A stretch of 64,000 nt of DNA from Nymphaea colorata (lineage: Eukaryota). The DNA lies in the NCBI RefSeq assembly GCF_008831285.2, contig NC_045138.2, positions 16,058,001-16,122,000 of the forward strand. The letters are read 5' to 3'. The notes beneath the pieces were generated by a model. That model was given only the letters and a program-made list of their open reading frames with translations, searched no databases and had not been told where the DNA came from. Shown here in pieces: positions 1-22,743 of this stretch (its first letter is position 1; each line of letters starts with the position of its first letter). A program made the translations under genes and the position numbers.

Positions 1-567
1 ACAATACATCTTTATGTCCTTTGCCAAATACGAGGATTTCTTCTTAGAGATTGGTTTCGCAGAAACAATTTCTTTTTCCCGTCCGCGTCCCTATCTTACC
101 CGCAGAGACGGCCCGCTTTGGCCGATGTCACAGTTTTCCTCAGCCTCTAGTCGAGCAATCGCCCCGGTAGAAAGAGTAGGCAAAACCGAAAATCACTGAT
201 TTTCTCCCGTTTCACGGTTTTCATTCTCCTCGCGGGCTTTTATTGACAACTTCACACTAGTGTACGTCTAATATAAACTCGGCGAAACAGAATACCATTC
301 TAAAGACACAAACACCTGAAATTTATCGGCCGACGTAGATAATGAAACCTATAGGTAGAGCAACCATCAACACAATGGGGAAACTAACGAAAGAACGCTA
401 TCGGTGCAATTCGTAAAAGAACAACAAATTAGACTCGCGAAACACCTGATCGATTTGATCAGAGACCTGTTTCTTTTATCTTCGCTTACTCTAACATGAT
501 ATCGCACCGATGACTAACACGTTCTTCTGTTCTTCGTCCCAATCCCCTCGTCCGTTACCTCGCTTAC

Positions 568-950
568 CTGGAGATAGTCTCCTCCGTTTTCTTCTGACTG
601 TCCCTCTGTGCCTTATCTTTGATCTGCTGCAACGCTGAGATGATCCCCTTTATATCACTGTGAATCACCAAGAAAATTGTCCAAAGTCGATACTCTCGCT
701 CAGAGATCGAGACAAATGGAAATAAACAAAGAGAGGGGAGAGAGAGAGGTGAAGCCTTGAGAATTCGCGATCGAACGGATCGTCGGCTTCCGCCTTCGTT
801 CCTTGCTCCAGCGACGGATTCCGATGAGAATCGCCAGTTGCTCTCTCTCGCTTCCTGGTGCTCCCTTTGATCCCCGCCATCACCAGAATTTCAAATTCGG
901 TCTTCGCGCCTTCGTGTCCGCCAAATAAAATAAGGGCCTTGCTATTTATA
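568..950 (-). promoter_or_regulatory. Probable promoter and first exon of a minus-strand gene that continues beyond the left edge
   Basis: TATAAATAGC on the minus strand at 941-950; CT/GA-rich leader; strong donor CAG|GTAAGC at 568/567; an ATG in good context at 880 (MAGIKGSTRKRER..., closes at 665) could be a uORF or first coding exon. Product not identifiable. Confidence 0.4.
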
Positions 951-1309
951 GCCAAACCAGTGGACGGGTCGGACGGGTAGACGAGTTTGACTCCGTTTAG
1001 TTGGTCCAAACCCGCGGGCCCGTTGTCTGCCCCTTTTGTCTTTCTCAATGCTTTTAATAAACTTATGTTTTTATTATTCCCATAGAGTTGTATATAAGAG
1101 AAGATGGGGTTAAGCCTGGGCAGCCAGCGGGCGTTGAGCCCAAGCCCCAGCCCAGCTTAACACTTAAAACTCGAGCTCCAGCCTGACTTGAGCCTGCGCT
1201 CGGTTAGATTAAATTAATATATATATATATATATAATAAATCATAATAAAATATCATAATTATATATAAAAATCAACAAAATATATATTAAAAAAATATT
1301 ATAAAGCCA

Positions 1310-1364
1310 AACCGGGTTTATCGATACTAGGCCCAGTCGAACCGGGTTTATCGATACTAGGCCC
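1310..1364. repeat. Short direct repeat (2 x 25 bp)
   Basis: AACCGGGTTTATCGATACTAGGCCC at 1310-1334 and 1340-1364. Confidence 0.85.
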
Positions 1365-1780
1365 GATGGCCCATTTTAGTGAAACATACACCAAAAGTAA
1401 GCCAAATAAATTTGAGGACAAAAAAATATTGTTGCTTGCAATCAACAAATTTACACGACCTCACGTGACAAGAAAACCATGTTGAGTAGGTGACCCTTGT
1501 ACATTCCTTTATAAATTGCACTCCAACGTCAATCCTGCTGATGAGTGATTGATTGGGGTCATCTATGAATCATGTTCAAATCAGATGTAACATTTACAAA
1601 ATTTGATTTATAGGGATTTCATGTATTCATATTTGCATGCAAATAAGAAAATGATTATACTCTACCTACATCTAATTTTAGGTTGTGTTTGACAACTTCA
1701 TATTTCATATTGAAGCTGCATAAAAAGTCTGTTTAGCATGAATTTTAAATTCATACTACATGTTAAAAACCATGAACTTA

Positions 1781-1924
1781 AGTTGTGTTTGTTTTATCGT
1801 GAATATGAGATCTGTGGTGATCTAAAAATTGAGATCCATTAATTTAAGATAAGACGACACCTTTTATGTAGCGTTCTGAAGCTATCAAATCCACAATCAC
1901 CACAAATTTGAAACAAATACAACG
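1781..1924. mobile_element. Tourist/PIF-Harbinger-like MITE
   Basis: Inverted ends GTTGTGTTTGTTT ... AAACAAATACAAC, flanked by TTA at 1778-1780 and 1925-1927; AT-rich and non-coding. Confidence 0.6.
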
Positions 1925-2448
1925 TTAAAGTTGCGATCCGAATCTGATACTAATATAACTTTTAAATTTGCAAATGAATCCGAATCAGACTTTTAAATAT
2001 GCAACCAAGATCTGAGCTACATTAGTATACACTAAAAACGCACATGGAGTTCTTTATTGGGCAAATGGAGTCCTTTTAAAGCCACGACTGAACAGGGAGT
2101 TCAACACCAGCGCGCGTCTAGTTGCAGTGGAGGGACGCTAATCCGAATGGAAGAAGACAAAGTAAAAAACTGATAAGCAGAAAAGCCTCTTGAAAAATTT
2201 ATCTGGTGTTTACGGTTTTGCCCAGATGAATCCTAGACCTCAGGATATGTCATCTCTCTCGATTCTCTCTCATATTTAATTTTCCGCCCCTCCCTCCATT
2301 CATCCCTTCACTTCTCTCTGTTCCTGCGGCGTAAAAGGCAAGATTACGTTGCCTCCCACCCCCCTCTCTCTCTGGTAGATCCATTTGTTTTTCACACCGT
2401 TGCGGCGTTGAATTCCACTTTCTCGATGTTTAAGATTTGATTTCGAAG

Positions 2449-3826
2449 GTGAGCTGGTAGAGTTTGGACCTCCTCCCATTCTAACACCATGAATGCACTT
2501 GGGTAGTGTCCTTTTTCTTGTATTTGTTGCCCATTTGCCTTATTTTCCTCTCGCTGTTACTTTTTCATGCCTTTTTGGTCTGAAGTCTTCGTGACGATGT
2601 TCATGCATGCCTATCTTCTATCGCTTCTTTCTCATTGATGGAGTTGCGGCCTCTTAGGCTTCTGAAATTGCTCACTCTTCTCAACAGATGAGAGCTTTTC
2701 CGCATGGCAATTTCCTCAACGCTTTTTACTTTTCGGGACAGATTGTGACATGCAAGCACCGCATTGGTAGATTTCCTTGTGGTTTCTTCGTTTCTAAATA
2801 GAGAGAATTGGAACTCGTTCGTACTCGGATTCATGAACTTGTTCGTTCTCTGCACAAGATGCAAGATATCGAGCTCCGGCCTGTACCTTCTGAGACTAAG
2901 CGTCTGGATTCGTGAAATGTGATGGAAAGCAAACCTCATAGTATCGGGTATCCAATTCATCGAGCATGATACCTCATCTTATCGAAACAAAAAGATAAGA
3001 GGGACAATTGCCTGCGCAAAACGCTGATCTCCATTTAAAACATGTACCTCATTTTATCAAGAAAAGATAGAAAAGGGTACTAAATGAAGTGTTCGATTTG
3101 GAAACCTGCGCCGGTTGCAAACTTGGCCACTGGTAGAAGCGGATGCTTTTTGATAGGAGGAAATTTGTAAATGAGCTGTTATAAATTAGAACTTCCTTCA
3201 TCCAAGCAGATTCTCTTTACAAGGTTCCCTCCATTCAAGAAGGTTGCTTTATGGCAAAATATCTTTACTATTTGAAAGTTTTCCCTCCAAGCCTTGCATA
3301 TGATGAAAATCCTTGATCAATTCTGTGTCGTGGACTGTGTCTTCTTTGTGTTGACAATACTAACGCAGTTTAGCATTATTACATGATAGTTATCGGTCAA
3401 ATATACTTTAGGCAACAAAATACATTATTAAAGAGGGTGACACAACAGTACTTTAAGAAGGATCATAATTAAAAGTCGATCGGAATGGCCTATCACTATC
3501 ATGCTTGAAAACCTAGTGAATTTATGGTCTTAACCTTCTACCGCCTAGAAAACTGAACATAGCAAAGATCTGGTATTACAAGTATGTTGTTAACGCTAAT
3601 GTACTTATTGCACCCAATTCACAAAGTTCATTCATGTTCCTTGTTGATGTATGCAACCATGCATTTACCATAACAGAAGTGTTTGCAGTGGCTAACATTT
3701 CATCTTATGATTTATTTCAAAATTCCGTTTTGATCGTCATTGGTCATATTCATTTAAGAAGTTCTCTTATTTGGATAGACTTTAAGTAGATTGGCAGGAA
3801 ATAATTGTGGATCTCCCTTTTTATAG
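2449..3826 (+). other. Probable 5'-UTR intron of LACS9
   Basis: CT-rich leader at ~2250-2448, donor AAG|GTGAGC at 2449, pyrimidine tract plus TAG acceptor at 3826, 51 nt upstream of the ATG at 3878. Confidence 0.55.
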
Positions 3827-3877
3827 ATTAGGGTGAAAACTGAATCTTGCACTGGAAAAGTACAGGTCTTTTGAAAG

Positions 3878-13209
<9,332 letters not shown>

Positions 13210-13851
13210 AGGTAGTCTTCATGCGAGGCAGACATTGGCTGTGTGATACCTTTGTATCATCAAGAAGTTGGTGAAGCTTTATGGTCACCTGGTTTTCAAG
13301 AAGTTAGGAGTACCAATTTTGACATCGACAATGATTGCGGCCTTTAGATTGTATCTTGGTCGGAAAATTCAATTCAACAGAATGGTTACCAAAGGTGCAT
13401 TCAGTGCTTTTGTAGTCCTCATTTGATCTACAATTTTGAGTGCTCAAATTTTGTTGTCACGAGAAAGCCTCCTCTCCAACTTGAAGGCTAGAAAACTGGA
13501 CCATGTCATCCCGTTGATTTTTAAGAACCACATCTTTCTGGCATCAGCTCATTTTATCTGCCAACCCTGTTCAGACTCTATGTCCACCTGAACTACATTT
13601 TGAAGACAAAACTTCCAGAAAAGCACTGCATGCATATTTTTTTGGAGCTCCAAGAACAAGCTTGCCACTAGCATAATGCTGGAGGATTCTTTTCATCCAA
13701 ACTATTACCGTGCATTTACACAATGAGCCTTCTGAAAACCTTTTCCATATTCCTACCACTGAAGTGTGCTAAAAGATACAATGAATACATTTATGTAGAA
13801 GCAAGGGAATACAGAAAAAAATGCGTCCTGTACATGCTCAATAGCCAATGG

Positions 13852-16800
13852 TCATCCAGGTACAAAGTAATCCATCTTGTCCACGGGTAGATTTAGGACG
13901 GATGTCTCCACCTGCAACCACAAGAAAAATCGTTTATCCCACTGGAAATAACATCAAATAATGGCCAAATGACACATGATCAGCAAAGGAAGAATTCACC
14001 TCTTCAAATGGGACGAACACAAAAGGTGCTAAGCCCCTCCTGTGAGAGACTGCAGGTACATCGGGATTATGCGTCTCATCATCTTGCCATTGTTCTACTA
14101 CGCCAAGCATATCGTCCTGCCCATCTAGTTCATTGTTACCTATTCCGCTAGTGACTAATGAAAGAAGATCCAATCTATTGTTTGCGCCCACACACGTTCC
14201 TCTGAGCCTGTTACATTAGTAGCATATATCAAAATAGATGATCAGAGACTAGAAAACATAAGCAAGTCAAGCAGATGAAACACATAGTTGCATGTATAAC
14301 CTTAGGCGAATCCGAAGAACAGTAGGACGCAGGCCTGGGTATAGAATAGCAGCCTCTACCTGCCAACAGGTTCACAGACACAAATTTTATTGGTACGTTA
14401 TGCGGCTTTACAGATCATGCCAAAAAGTTACTGTTTTCATTTTCCACAGATACACACTTATAATTACTTATAACAAATTAGTAAAATGGGGTTTTATTTC
14501 TTTTATGACAGAAGCAAATACATAAGAAATAGTAATAATTCATGTGGTAAACAACTGAACGAGATCCATGTTTTTTGCATGCACTGAACTCACAAATTAT
14601 AAAGGGGCAAATTTTTTCAAACCTGGTCATTTGTCAAAGTGTAGCGACCACTAAAAACACATTCTGCCTTTGATGCACGGAAGTTCATGCATTTTGCAAC
14701 TTCTTTAACACGTTGAGAAGAATTCTGATTGACAAAAAGTAGTAGAAGGTGAAATACTGGTAGCACTACTATTGATGATGAACGGAAAAAGTGTAAAAAT
14801 TCAGAAAGCTAACCTTGTAAAGGAACTTCCCTGTTGGGAAAAACCTGATGTAACGGTAATAGCACACCTGAGACACAACGATACATAAAATGAGGAGACA
14901 TGTCAATAATATATCTGCAGTCCATATAAATACGTATGGTTCAGTAACGCATTTGTAATATATAACACAAGTTGATTGCTCCACAACATATACATGCTTT
15001 ATTCCTTGGCCAGTAGTACCCTTATTGCATCTAATATGCATTTCATGGACAAACCAGATCATACTTTTAGTTATTAACCAGTTCCCGTTTTTCCAAAAAA
15101 TGCAATTTGAAATTTGAACATTCTGGATTCAATTTAGTTGTTATTTAACCCATGAGTCAGCAGATATCATTTTCAAGCATGGCAATCAGAATCATCCAAA
15201 CATTGAATGTATGTGTTGCATTGCCTACAATATCGACAAAGAATCTGTAGGATAACTGTAAAAAAAGGATGATCAACTTTCACACGAGGCATTGTAAACA
15301 AATCATGGTGACAGCCAACAGGCTGCTTCCTCAAATGACAAGAAGATGCCTAAGAAGGAATTTCACATACCAAGTGCACTGGGTTTGTAATTTTCCACTC
15401 TGCAACTCCAGCTCGGATGTAGGTATTTCTACTTACATAAAGACCTGGTAAAAATAAAATGCAACGGTGTGATATATAAATCTTCAAAACTTGGACCATG
15501 ACATGATCAGGACCAAAAAAATACAAACTTGTGTACAAGTTAACCAAAATGAAAAAATCAGAGTAGCAATTGTATACTTAATTTCTTCAATGGACAAGAG
15601 AGAGAAAGAGAAATATAAGTTTCTTCTATATATCCAGCAGTTTTTTTGCTTGAATTTGTGTATCTTCGGAAAACCCTAGTGGTCTCCATGCTTCTATGTG
15701 ATAGCGCTTTAAACGCCATACCAAGCATACATGGTTCTTTCTTTCCTTATCAGTGATACTGTGATCTTTTTTCTTTTTGCTATTAGTCCAGTTTTTCCTT
15801 CATGACAAACCTTCTGAAGTATTACTTATTTATTTATTTCTGAAAGCCCATTGAAAAATCATAACTGGTAGAAGTCACCAATATGCGTCCTGCATAGTAG
15901 CTTCACAGACCAAAATTTTTTTGTGACTATCTTTGTTCTGCAAACCACATCTATTTGCTGCTCACAATAAGCATTACATCTAAATGCAGTATAAATCCAT
16001 AAACGAAGAAAAGGTTCTTGTTCATAACAAGACCTCAATATATCTTTTTTCTAATTAAACCAATGACATTGCATGAACTAAGTTGCCTAACCAATAATAT
16101 CTAGAGCTTTAGTAATGCATAGAACAAAGAAGTACTCCAGAGAAGTCAAGAGGGTCAAGAACAATATGAAACAGACCTTCAGAAGACTTCTTCATAATTC
16201 ACATGAAAAACTCAAATCAGATTGTTGGTGCTATGAGTCCTAATCGACAAGCAAACTGTGCTGTCGTTTTACAGCACACAAGAAATTGAAGACATACCAT
16301 CAGTACGAGCCCTTGGTCTTGAAAGCCACATTTTCCTCCAAGAACCTTCATATAGAGATTGGACAAGCTTGTAATTTTCTACTGGACCAGAGATCTGCAG
16401 AAACAACTCAATTGCTATAGATCCCACAATGCCATAATGCATGATGAATGAAAATACACAAAATCAGCATGAGATGAATTAGTGAATTACCTGCCATGTC
16501 TTCAGACAGGCATTGCGCCAAAAGATAGGATTGCGAATAGTGAAACGCCATTTTCTGCATACACATGCAGCCCTCCCTAAGCTGTAAGGTGTCATCCTCA
16601 TGAATATCTGGTAGTAAACAAATCCATCAGCATGTTTACTGAAGAATATGATAAAAAAAAGTTACTTGCTGATCAGGTATGCACACTAACAGAATGAACC
16701 ATCAAAAGAGCTCTTAGAGATCTGTACTTAGATACAGAAAAGAAGCATAGCTTCCCATTCATAACGAAATGCAGGAAGAACAAGAACAGATGAAAATTGA

Positions 16801-17916
16801 GTTTTAGGAATATGCAAACTTCAACCATAAGAGATCAAGAAAATATGTGCACAAGGCACACTGATTCTTGATGCAGTAGATTGCATTTATTAGGTTGTAG
16901 TTCTAGGAAAGTAGAGTAAGAGGGTGTCAACCAAGAAGGCTGTGGAACTATTTGGCATACTCAACTGCAGTAGAAGAATACCTCCAAACAAAAGTCAGGC
17001 AGAAAATTCAAAACTTGATCTAATGCTGGAATTTTTTCATATACAAAACAAATCAATTGGAAAAAACCAGCTTCATAAAAAAAGAATTTCTGCAGGATAA
17101 GACCCTTTACATAATCAACATGTGAAAGCTACATCATTTCATGAATTATAGATGCCATGAAGGACATCCAAACAAACACAATCAGGACATTTCATCAGCT
17201 TTTTCCTTTCCATTTTTTTTTATTTTAGCCGATAGGAGCTTTACATGCTCAGTTCAACCTACTTTTATACAATGTGGATTTCAACCCTATAAAGAAGGGA
17301 AGAATATAAGCATATACGAAAAGGCAAGAAAATTTTGACTTATCAGGACTGCTTGCTGCTGCAAAAAGATACTTTGCAATGGATTACAAGAGATAGAATA
17401 CTCTCAACATAGCAAAATGATAAAATGAAAAAACAACCTTAAGGAAATATTGCATTTGTACTTCCCACAAGCAATTGCTATTAATAAAAAGGTACACTGA
17501 ATTATGACATTTTCCCTTAGCCTATTATAACCAATAGATGATCCTTAGAACTTTCAACTAGTGATCTTTTGTAGTCAAGATCCCGAGTAGCCAGGTGACT
17601 ACTCCAACTAGTTGGTTACATCAGCTGCCAACCAACCTGCGTTGTCAAACCACTGACTAGTTGGTACTAGTCAACTAGTTGCCTTAGTATTGGGCCAGCC
17701 AGACAATCCCCAAACTATATGCATATATGTGTTATAGATTATATGCTAAGTAACACAGAGTCTTCAATAAGGTTGCCGCATCGCCGCACTTAAGCCGTGT
17801 CAGGTACAGCTTGGGTGCTTCTTGGGCACAACTTGGGTGCAGCAACAAACAAATTGCTTTCTTTCTATTGAATCATTTGATGAAATCATAGTTCATTAAT
17901 CATTAATTGCTATTGT

Positions 17917-17956
<40 letters not shown>

Positions 17957-19960
17957 TCACCACACCTGCACCCATGTTTTTTTGGGAAAATGCAGCACCT
18001 GCATCCCACACTTGTGTGACATAGATTATATGTTTCTCTACATATTTTTGTATAGTATAATATATTTTCTCTATCTATTTTGGTCAACCAACTTGGACCA
18101 ACTAGTTTATTAGGGTCTTCACTAACTTGGATCTGACTTCCTATTTTGACAACTTAGCGAGTGATATAGAAGAAAGAAGTACCTCATGAAGCAATTCATC
18201 AGGCAAACATCGATGAAGGAGAGCAGAATCAATGAATGGCCTACTGCTTGCACTTCCAAAAGGAGGAATTGGCCTAACCCTGATGCCATAAAGACCTAAA
18301 GCACAAGCAAGAAGGAATAACTGGTCAGCCATAGCAGGGGATCCAAAGAATCCATAAGCACAACAATTACAGTTCATCCATCTTGAATTCATGCATAAGT
18401 GCAATAACAAATTTGTGTGAGAGAGAGAGAGAGTGTGTGTGTCTGTGTATGTGTATAATCAAATCCACACAAATAGACCAAGTTGAGATCATCCATCCAC
18501 TACAATCAACAAAAGTATAAAAAAAAAGCGTTTCTCATGAATAGCATTGATAACATTGATAAAAAACGAGTTAAAACACCCATCCCACAAGAAATTAGTC
18601 AACCATCTTGTAGAGGTTTTGAAAAAATTTCCAGCTCTCGATGGGCTGCTTTGTGAACACAAATTCCATGGAATCCCAATTTCTTTTGTGGCTCTCCAAT
18701 CTCCAAGGTAAGTGGACAGAATGAGACCAAGCAAGATGCCTTACCATTTGCCAATTCATGGCCATTCTTGTTGCAACTAGAACAAACCAATGCTTGTTCC
18801 TTACCTTAAAAGTTGGACCTTCACTGCTCCAAAGAACATATGCTTGGTTTTCCCATGTTTACGCCTTGTTATAGCTACACTTTGCTTAATGAAAGGCCTC
18901 AGATAGAATAGTATCTATACAAATTGAGCTACCCTTATACAAGCTTAAGTTAGATAAAAAAAAGTTGGGCTTTTAATTAGAAAGATGGAACTAATGTTGG
19001 CCTTCACCTACATCGCATTTTAAGAAATGCCAATAGAGAACATGGTAGTCCCCCCCCTTTCCAGTACATAGCAAGCAGATGAAATTGAAGTGAAGCAAAA
19101 AGAACTACAAGATTGTTGCGCTTCAGTTAGCAAACATGTAACCAAATTGAGAAGGTCAAAAAAATCCAAAATTCAGACAGAAAAGACAAATATAAAACTG
19201 GCCATGACTGCACATCAATTGCATAAAGAAATAATACAGAAAGAGTGAACAGGCCTATATCACATGCAGGGGCGGAAGCATGGGGAGCCTGCAGGGGGCC
19301 CTGGCCCCCGCTCAAAAAAAAAAGATGTAACTTTTACAAAATTTTATTTATCCTATATAAAAATTTTGAAAAATTATATTTCGGCCCCCCATTAAAATTT
19401 TGAAACTATAATTTGGCCCCCTCATGACAAATTGCTAGTTCAACCCCTGATCACATGTACTCAACTTCTCTGCTAGATTATAGTGCAATCTAAATGTGAC
19501 AAAGCAACAGTGAAGGGTATCAATGTGTAAACTGCTATACCTGGAGTAGTATAATGGCTGTCTATTAGAGCCTATAACAACTTTAGCAAGAAGAGCATGT
19601 CATTAACAGGCCAACAAAAAGAAATTAAAGTAAGAAAAAGGACCAATGAGTGTTAACACCCACATTGCCGATCTGCATTACATCTTCAATCAGTATTTCA
19701 AATGCGCAGAGCATCTCTTAGAGGGCTCATCGATTGACTTTTATTCCTATAATGATAGCTGAACCATATCTCAAAAAAATTTTGAGAGTGAGCATGTGGA
19801 TAGAATTTTTTTCAGCACCCAATATTGGAAATGAAAATTGTTATCAATAGAGCACAGTTTATCAACAGAGAGGGAAGAAAAGGAGAATAGCAACCAAAAT
19901 TTGGAACTTACTAAGCCAAGGTCTTTCAGTGTCCAGAAAGGGAAGTCTCTGTGTCTCCAT
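13852..19960 (-). CDS. FBP7: F-box protein 7 / SKIP32-like, 10 exons, ~310 aa
   Basis: Minus-strand exons 19960-19912, 18295-18183, 16607-16491, 16394-16298, 15444-15371, 14867-14814, 14724-14623, 14359-14301, 14207-14000, 13911-13852. [14 protein letters not shown]-box [10 protein letters not shown]...[46 protein letters not shown] and C-terminal [14 protein letters not shown] match the FBP7 family. Confidence 0.92.
17746..18024. mobile_element. hAT-type MITE (CTAAGT-ACA family) in FBP7 intron 2
   Basis: TIRs CTAAGTAACACA / TGTGTGACATAG; perfect 8-bp TSD ATTATATG at 17738-17745 and 18025-18032; internal (TA)n; lies within an older ACTAGT-rich relic (~17560-18157). Confidence 0.85.
19267..19449. 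mobile_element. hAT-type MITE in FBP7 intron 1
   Basis: TIRs CAGGGGCGGA / TCAACCCCTG; perfect 8-bp TSD ATCACATG at 19259-19266 and 19450-19457; GGCCCCC subterminal motifs. Confidence 0.88.
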
Positions 19961-21493
19961 TGATAGGGAAGGTCAAAATAGAGCCTCAACAGTCACCTCC
20001 TGATTGTAGTTCAAGTTGCAAGATCACACTGTGATTTAATTGGAAGAAATTAGCCTCTTAGTACCAAAAATATAGGGAAAATCAATCAAATAAAAGAAGT
20101 ATGACGCCTACTTCTTGGGTGCAATAAATCTGCTATGAAAAGTTACGGAAACAAGTTTTTCTTTCCATTTTCAGAATCTCTAACTTTCTTGGGGAACTTT
20201 AAAATATGAACTGTAAGCTAATAACAAACGAAGAGGAGGCAAGGGCGTGCTCTTAGACATCCTCCAAAGTGGTGAAGCAAAAGTAATCCTAACAACGATG
20301 CACGCCCAAGCAAAGGCATTACCAATCCATCCATGTCTATATGCACCTAATGCAACTCAACTGAACAGCTCATGAAAGAGCATGCAAGTTTAAAATTTAA
20401 ATCTTCTGAAAACCAACATGTATAGCCTATAAATAACAAAACATTTATTAAGAACTGACACGATAAAAAAACATTAGAATGGTACAAGTCTCAAAACTAG
20501 AATTAACAACGAACGAGAGGAATATTCTATCTTAAAAAGTCACCATCACTATCTACAACATCCATAACCGGCCACTGGACCTAGTAACCACGGACAGTAT
20601 CTACGTAACAAAGACTCCTATTGTAAAGCAAATTATCAACGTCCGTTTTGTACTTTTTTTTTTCGTTTTTTTCTTTTTGGTTAACAGACGAGCGGTTTTG
20701 CCATCATGACAGGTCAGTGAACTACTGCTTTAAGGCTGTTCAATAATCCAATGCGCTGAAATTCTAATTCTCAGTCAACAAACCTTCCTCCCAAACAGCG
20801 AAAGAGGGTCATCGATCAAGATGCCAATAAGCGACACTACAGTCGCGGATGAGGAAAATATTTCTTTCTATTTCTTTTACTCATGGCACGCCTGAATTCT
20901 CCGAATTCATAAATCATGATATATACAAGTGCAACTTTTCAAGAAACTCCAACAAGTTCCACCTTGGGACGAATTCCGACAAACTCTTTTGATATCTAAA
21001 CCTCCTAGCAGAATTGACGGCGAAAAGCCGCACTCGGTGAATATTAAGAGATAAATATGCATATACGCGATGTGGTTGTGCGCCCTGTATATAGGGCGCC
21101 CATATGCCAGAAGGAGTTAGTTATCGCTGTAGCATGCGAAATGATTCTTTCCCCTTTTTCCTTTGTACGAGTGTAATGAATTCATTTGACTCTGTACCAA
21201 TAACAGATCATCACTCGGGTTTCCTTTCCTGCACTAACTCTCTCTCAGCCTCCCTGTTTTGCCCTGCCACACTCCTTCGTTGCTGGTGTATATCTGTTTC
21301 ATAACAGAGCACTGTGGTTTCCTTGCGCTCTGATTTCTGTACATGGTGTCGGATTTCGGTGAAATCATGCGCTCGGAAATTACAAGCTCACGAGAACCTA
21401 TCGGATACCCAGTTTGCAATAGATAACGACGATTCTAGAAACCCACCAGGGAAGCGTGAAGGAAAAGGAAAAAGAAGCCCGAATAGCAAGTAC

Positions 21494-21680
21494 CTGTCCA
21501 CTGTAAGCGAGAGAGACAGAGAGGGAGGGCGCTCCCCACTTGCAGAGACGAGTTCGGAAGAAAATGGTTTGGTAGAAGATGATGGGCTTACGCCTTCCTC
21601 CCCCGATTCCGGAGAGGATCCCTCTCTCTCTCGTTGAATAATCCAGGCCCCCCCACACACACCGAGAGAGAGAGAGAGCG
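21494..21680 (-). promoter_or_regulatory. Probable non-coding first exon and promoter of FBP7
   Basis: GA/CT repeats, a GC-richer ATG-free leader, donor CAG|GTACTT at 21494/21493, and a candidate acceptor at 20000-20002 upstream of the ATG at 19960. Confidence 0.5.
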
Positions 21681-22743
21681 CGGGTGTGAAATGGAAAGGT
21701 TTGCCGCCACAAGGGCGATGGGCTTCGTGGGGCTCGGAAGGACCAGCAACGTTGTTTTGTTATTTGGTATCAGAGCGGTATTGTTTACGAACGCTACGGT
21801 AACCAATCCGCATCCGTCACTAGAAATGGGTTGTGCACTTCAGTCAACGCTTTTAAACGAATTATTTTTTTAAATACTAAAAGATTTTGTTCAAATAATT
21901 ATTTTGAAAGAACAGGCTGAATCGGAATCTGCCGAGTCGGCCAATCCCAACAGCATACGGGTCAACCAGCAAGACTCGGAAGTTGCCCACATGGGCTTGC
22001 ATTTTTCCTACTTGTGGGCGATACGCAACATAAGGAACGACGCTAGTTGGCACATATCCGCTGATACGATATGCAATTGGCAATCTCAACCCCAAGTCTC
22101 TCCATCTTCGTCAAACTTCATCTTATGCAAGTCTGTTAGAGCACGTCTAGTAATGTGTTTTTTGGAAAACATATTTTTATCATTCATAATATACAAAAAG
22201 TATGTTTCTGCTATATTAAACATAATATAATAACAGATATTATTTTAAATTCAACAATCAAAATCTCGGGGCATAATTCTACAATATTTACCAAAATAAC
22301 AACGTAATATTTTTGGAATACATGTTTTAAGAACATGTCTGTGGAGCTGCTGTCACATTGGGTCTGCGAAGTTGGTCAATCATGCCCGAGCTTTTACCAA
22401 ATGAGATGATCTTAGATTTGATAGATAATTGAGAAGTGATATACAATTTATTTGGAATAATGCTGGAACTTCAGTAAGCCACAGAGGATCTCGAACTCGT
22501 GACCTCCTTCAACTAAAATGTACTTGTTGGCGAGCTCTGTTTTCTGCTACTCGTGTTCAGTTTACATAAGCATACAGCTCGGATGAGAAGTCTCTATGTA
22601 AAGGGCACATTTTCCTCTATTGGAATTTATACGAGATCTTGAACTCACATTCGCTATTGTGGTGATCCGTAAAAATCAAAGTAACAATCATTCAGCTAAT
22701 TGCAGAATAACATTGGCACGGAAATGGTCTTTATGAGCAAGGA

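Noticed and set aside
21104..22230. Cluster of overlapping short ORFs
   Set aside because: GC-richer promoter/leader DNA of FBP7 with no recognisable homology or splice-consistent coding frame.
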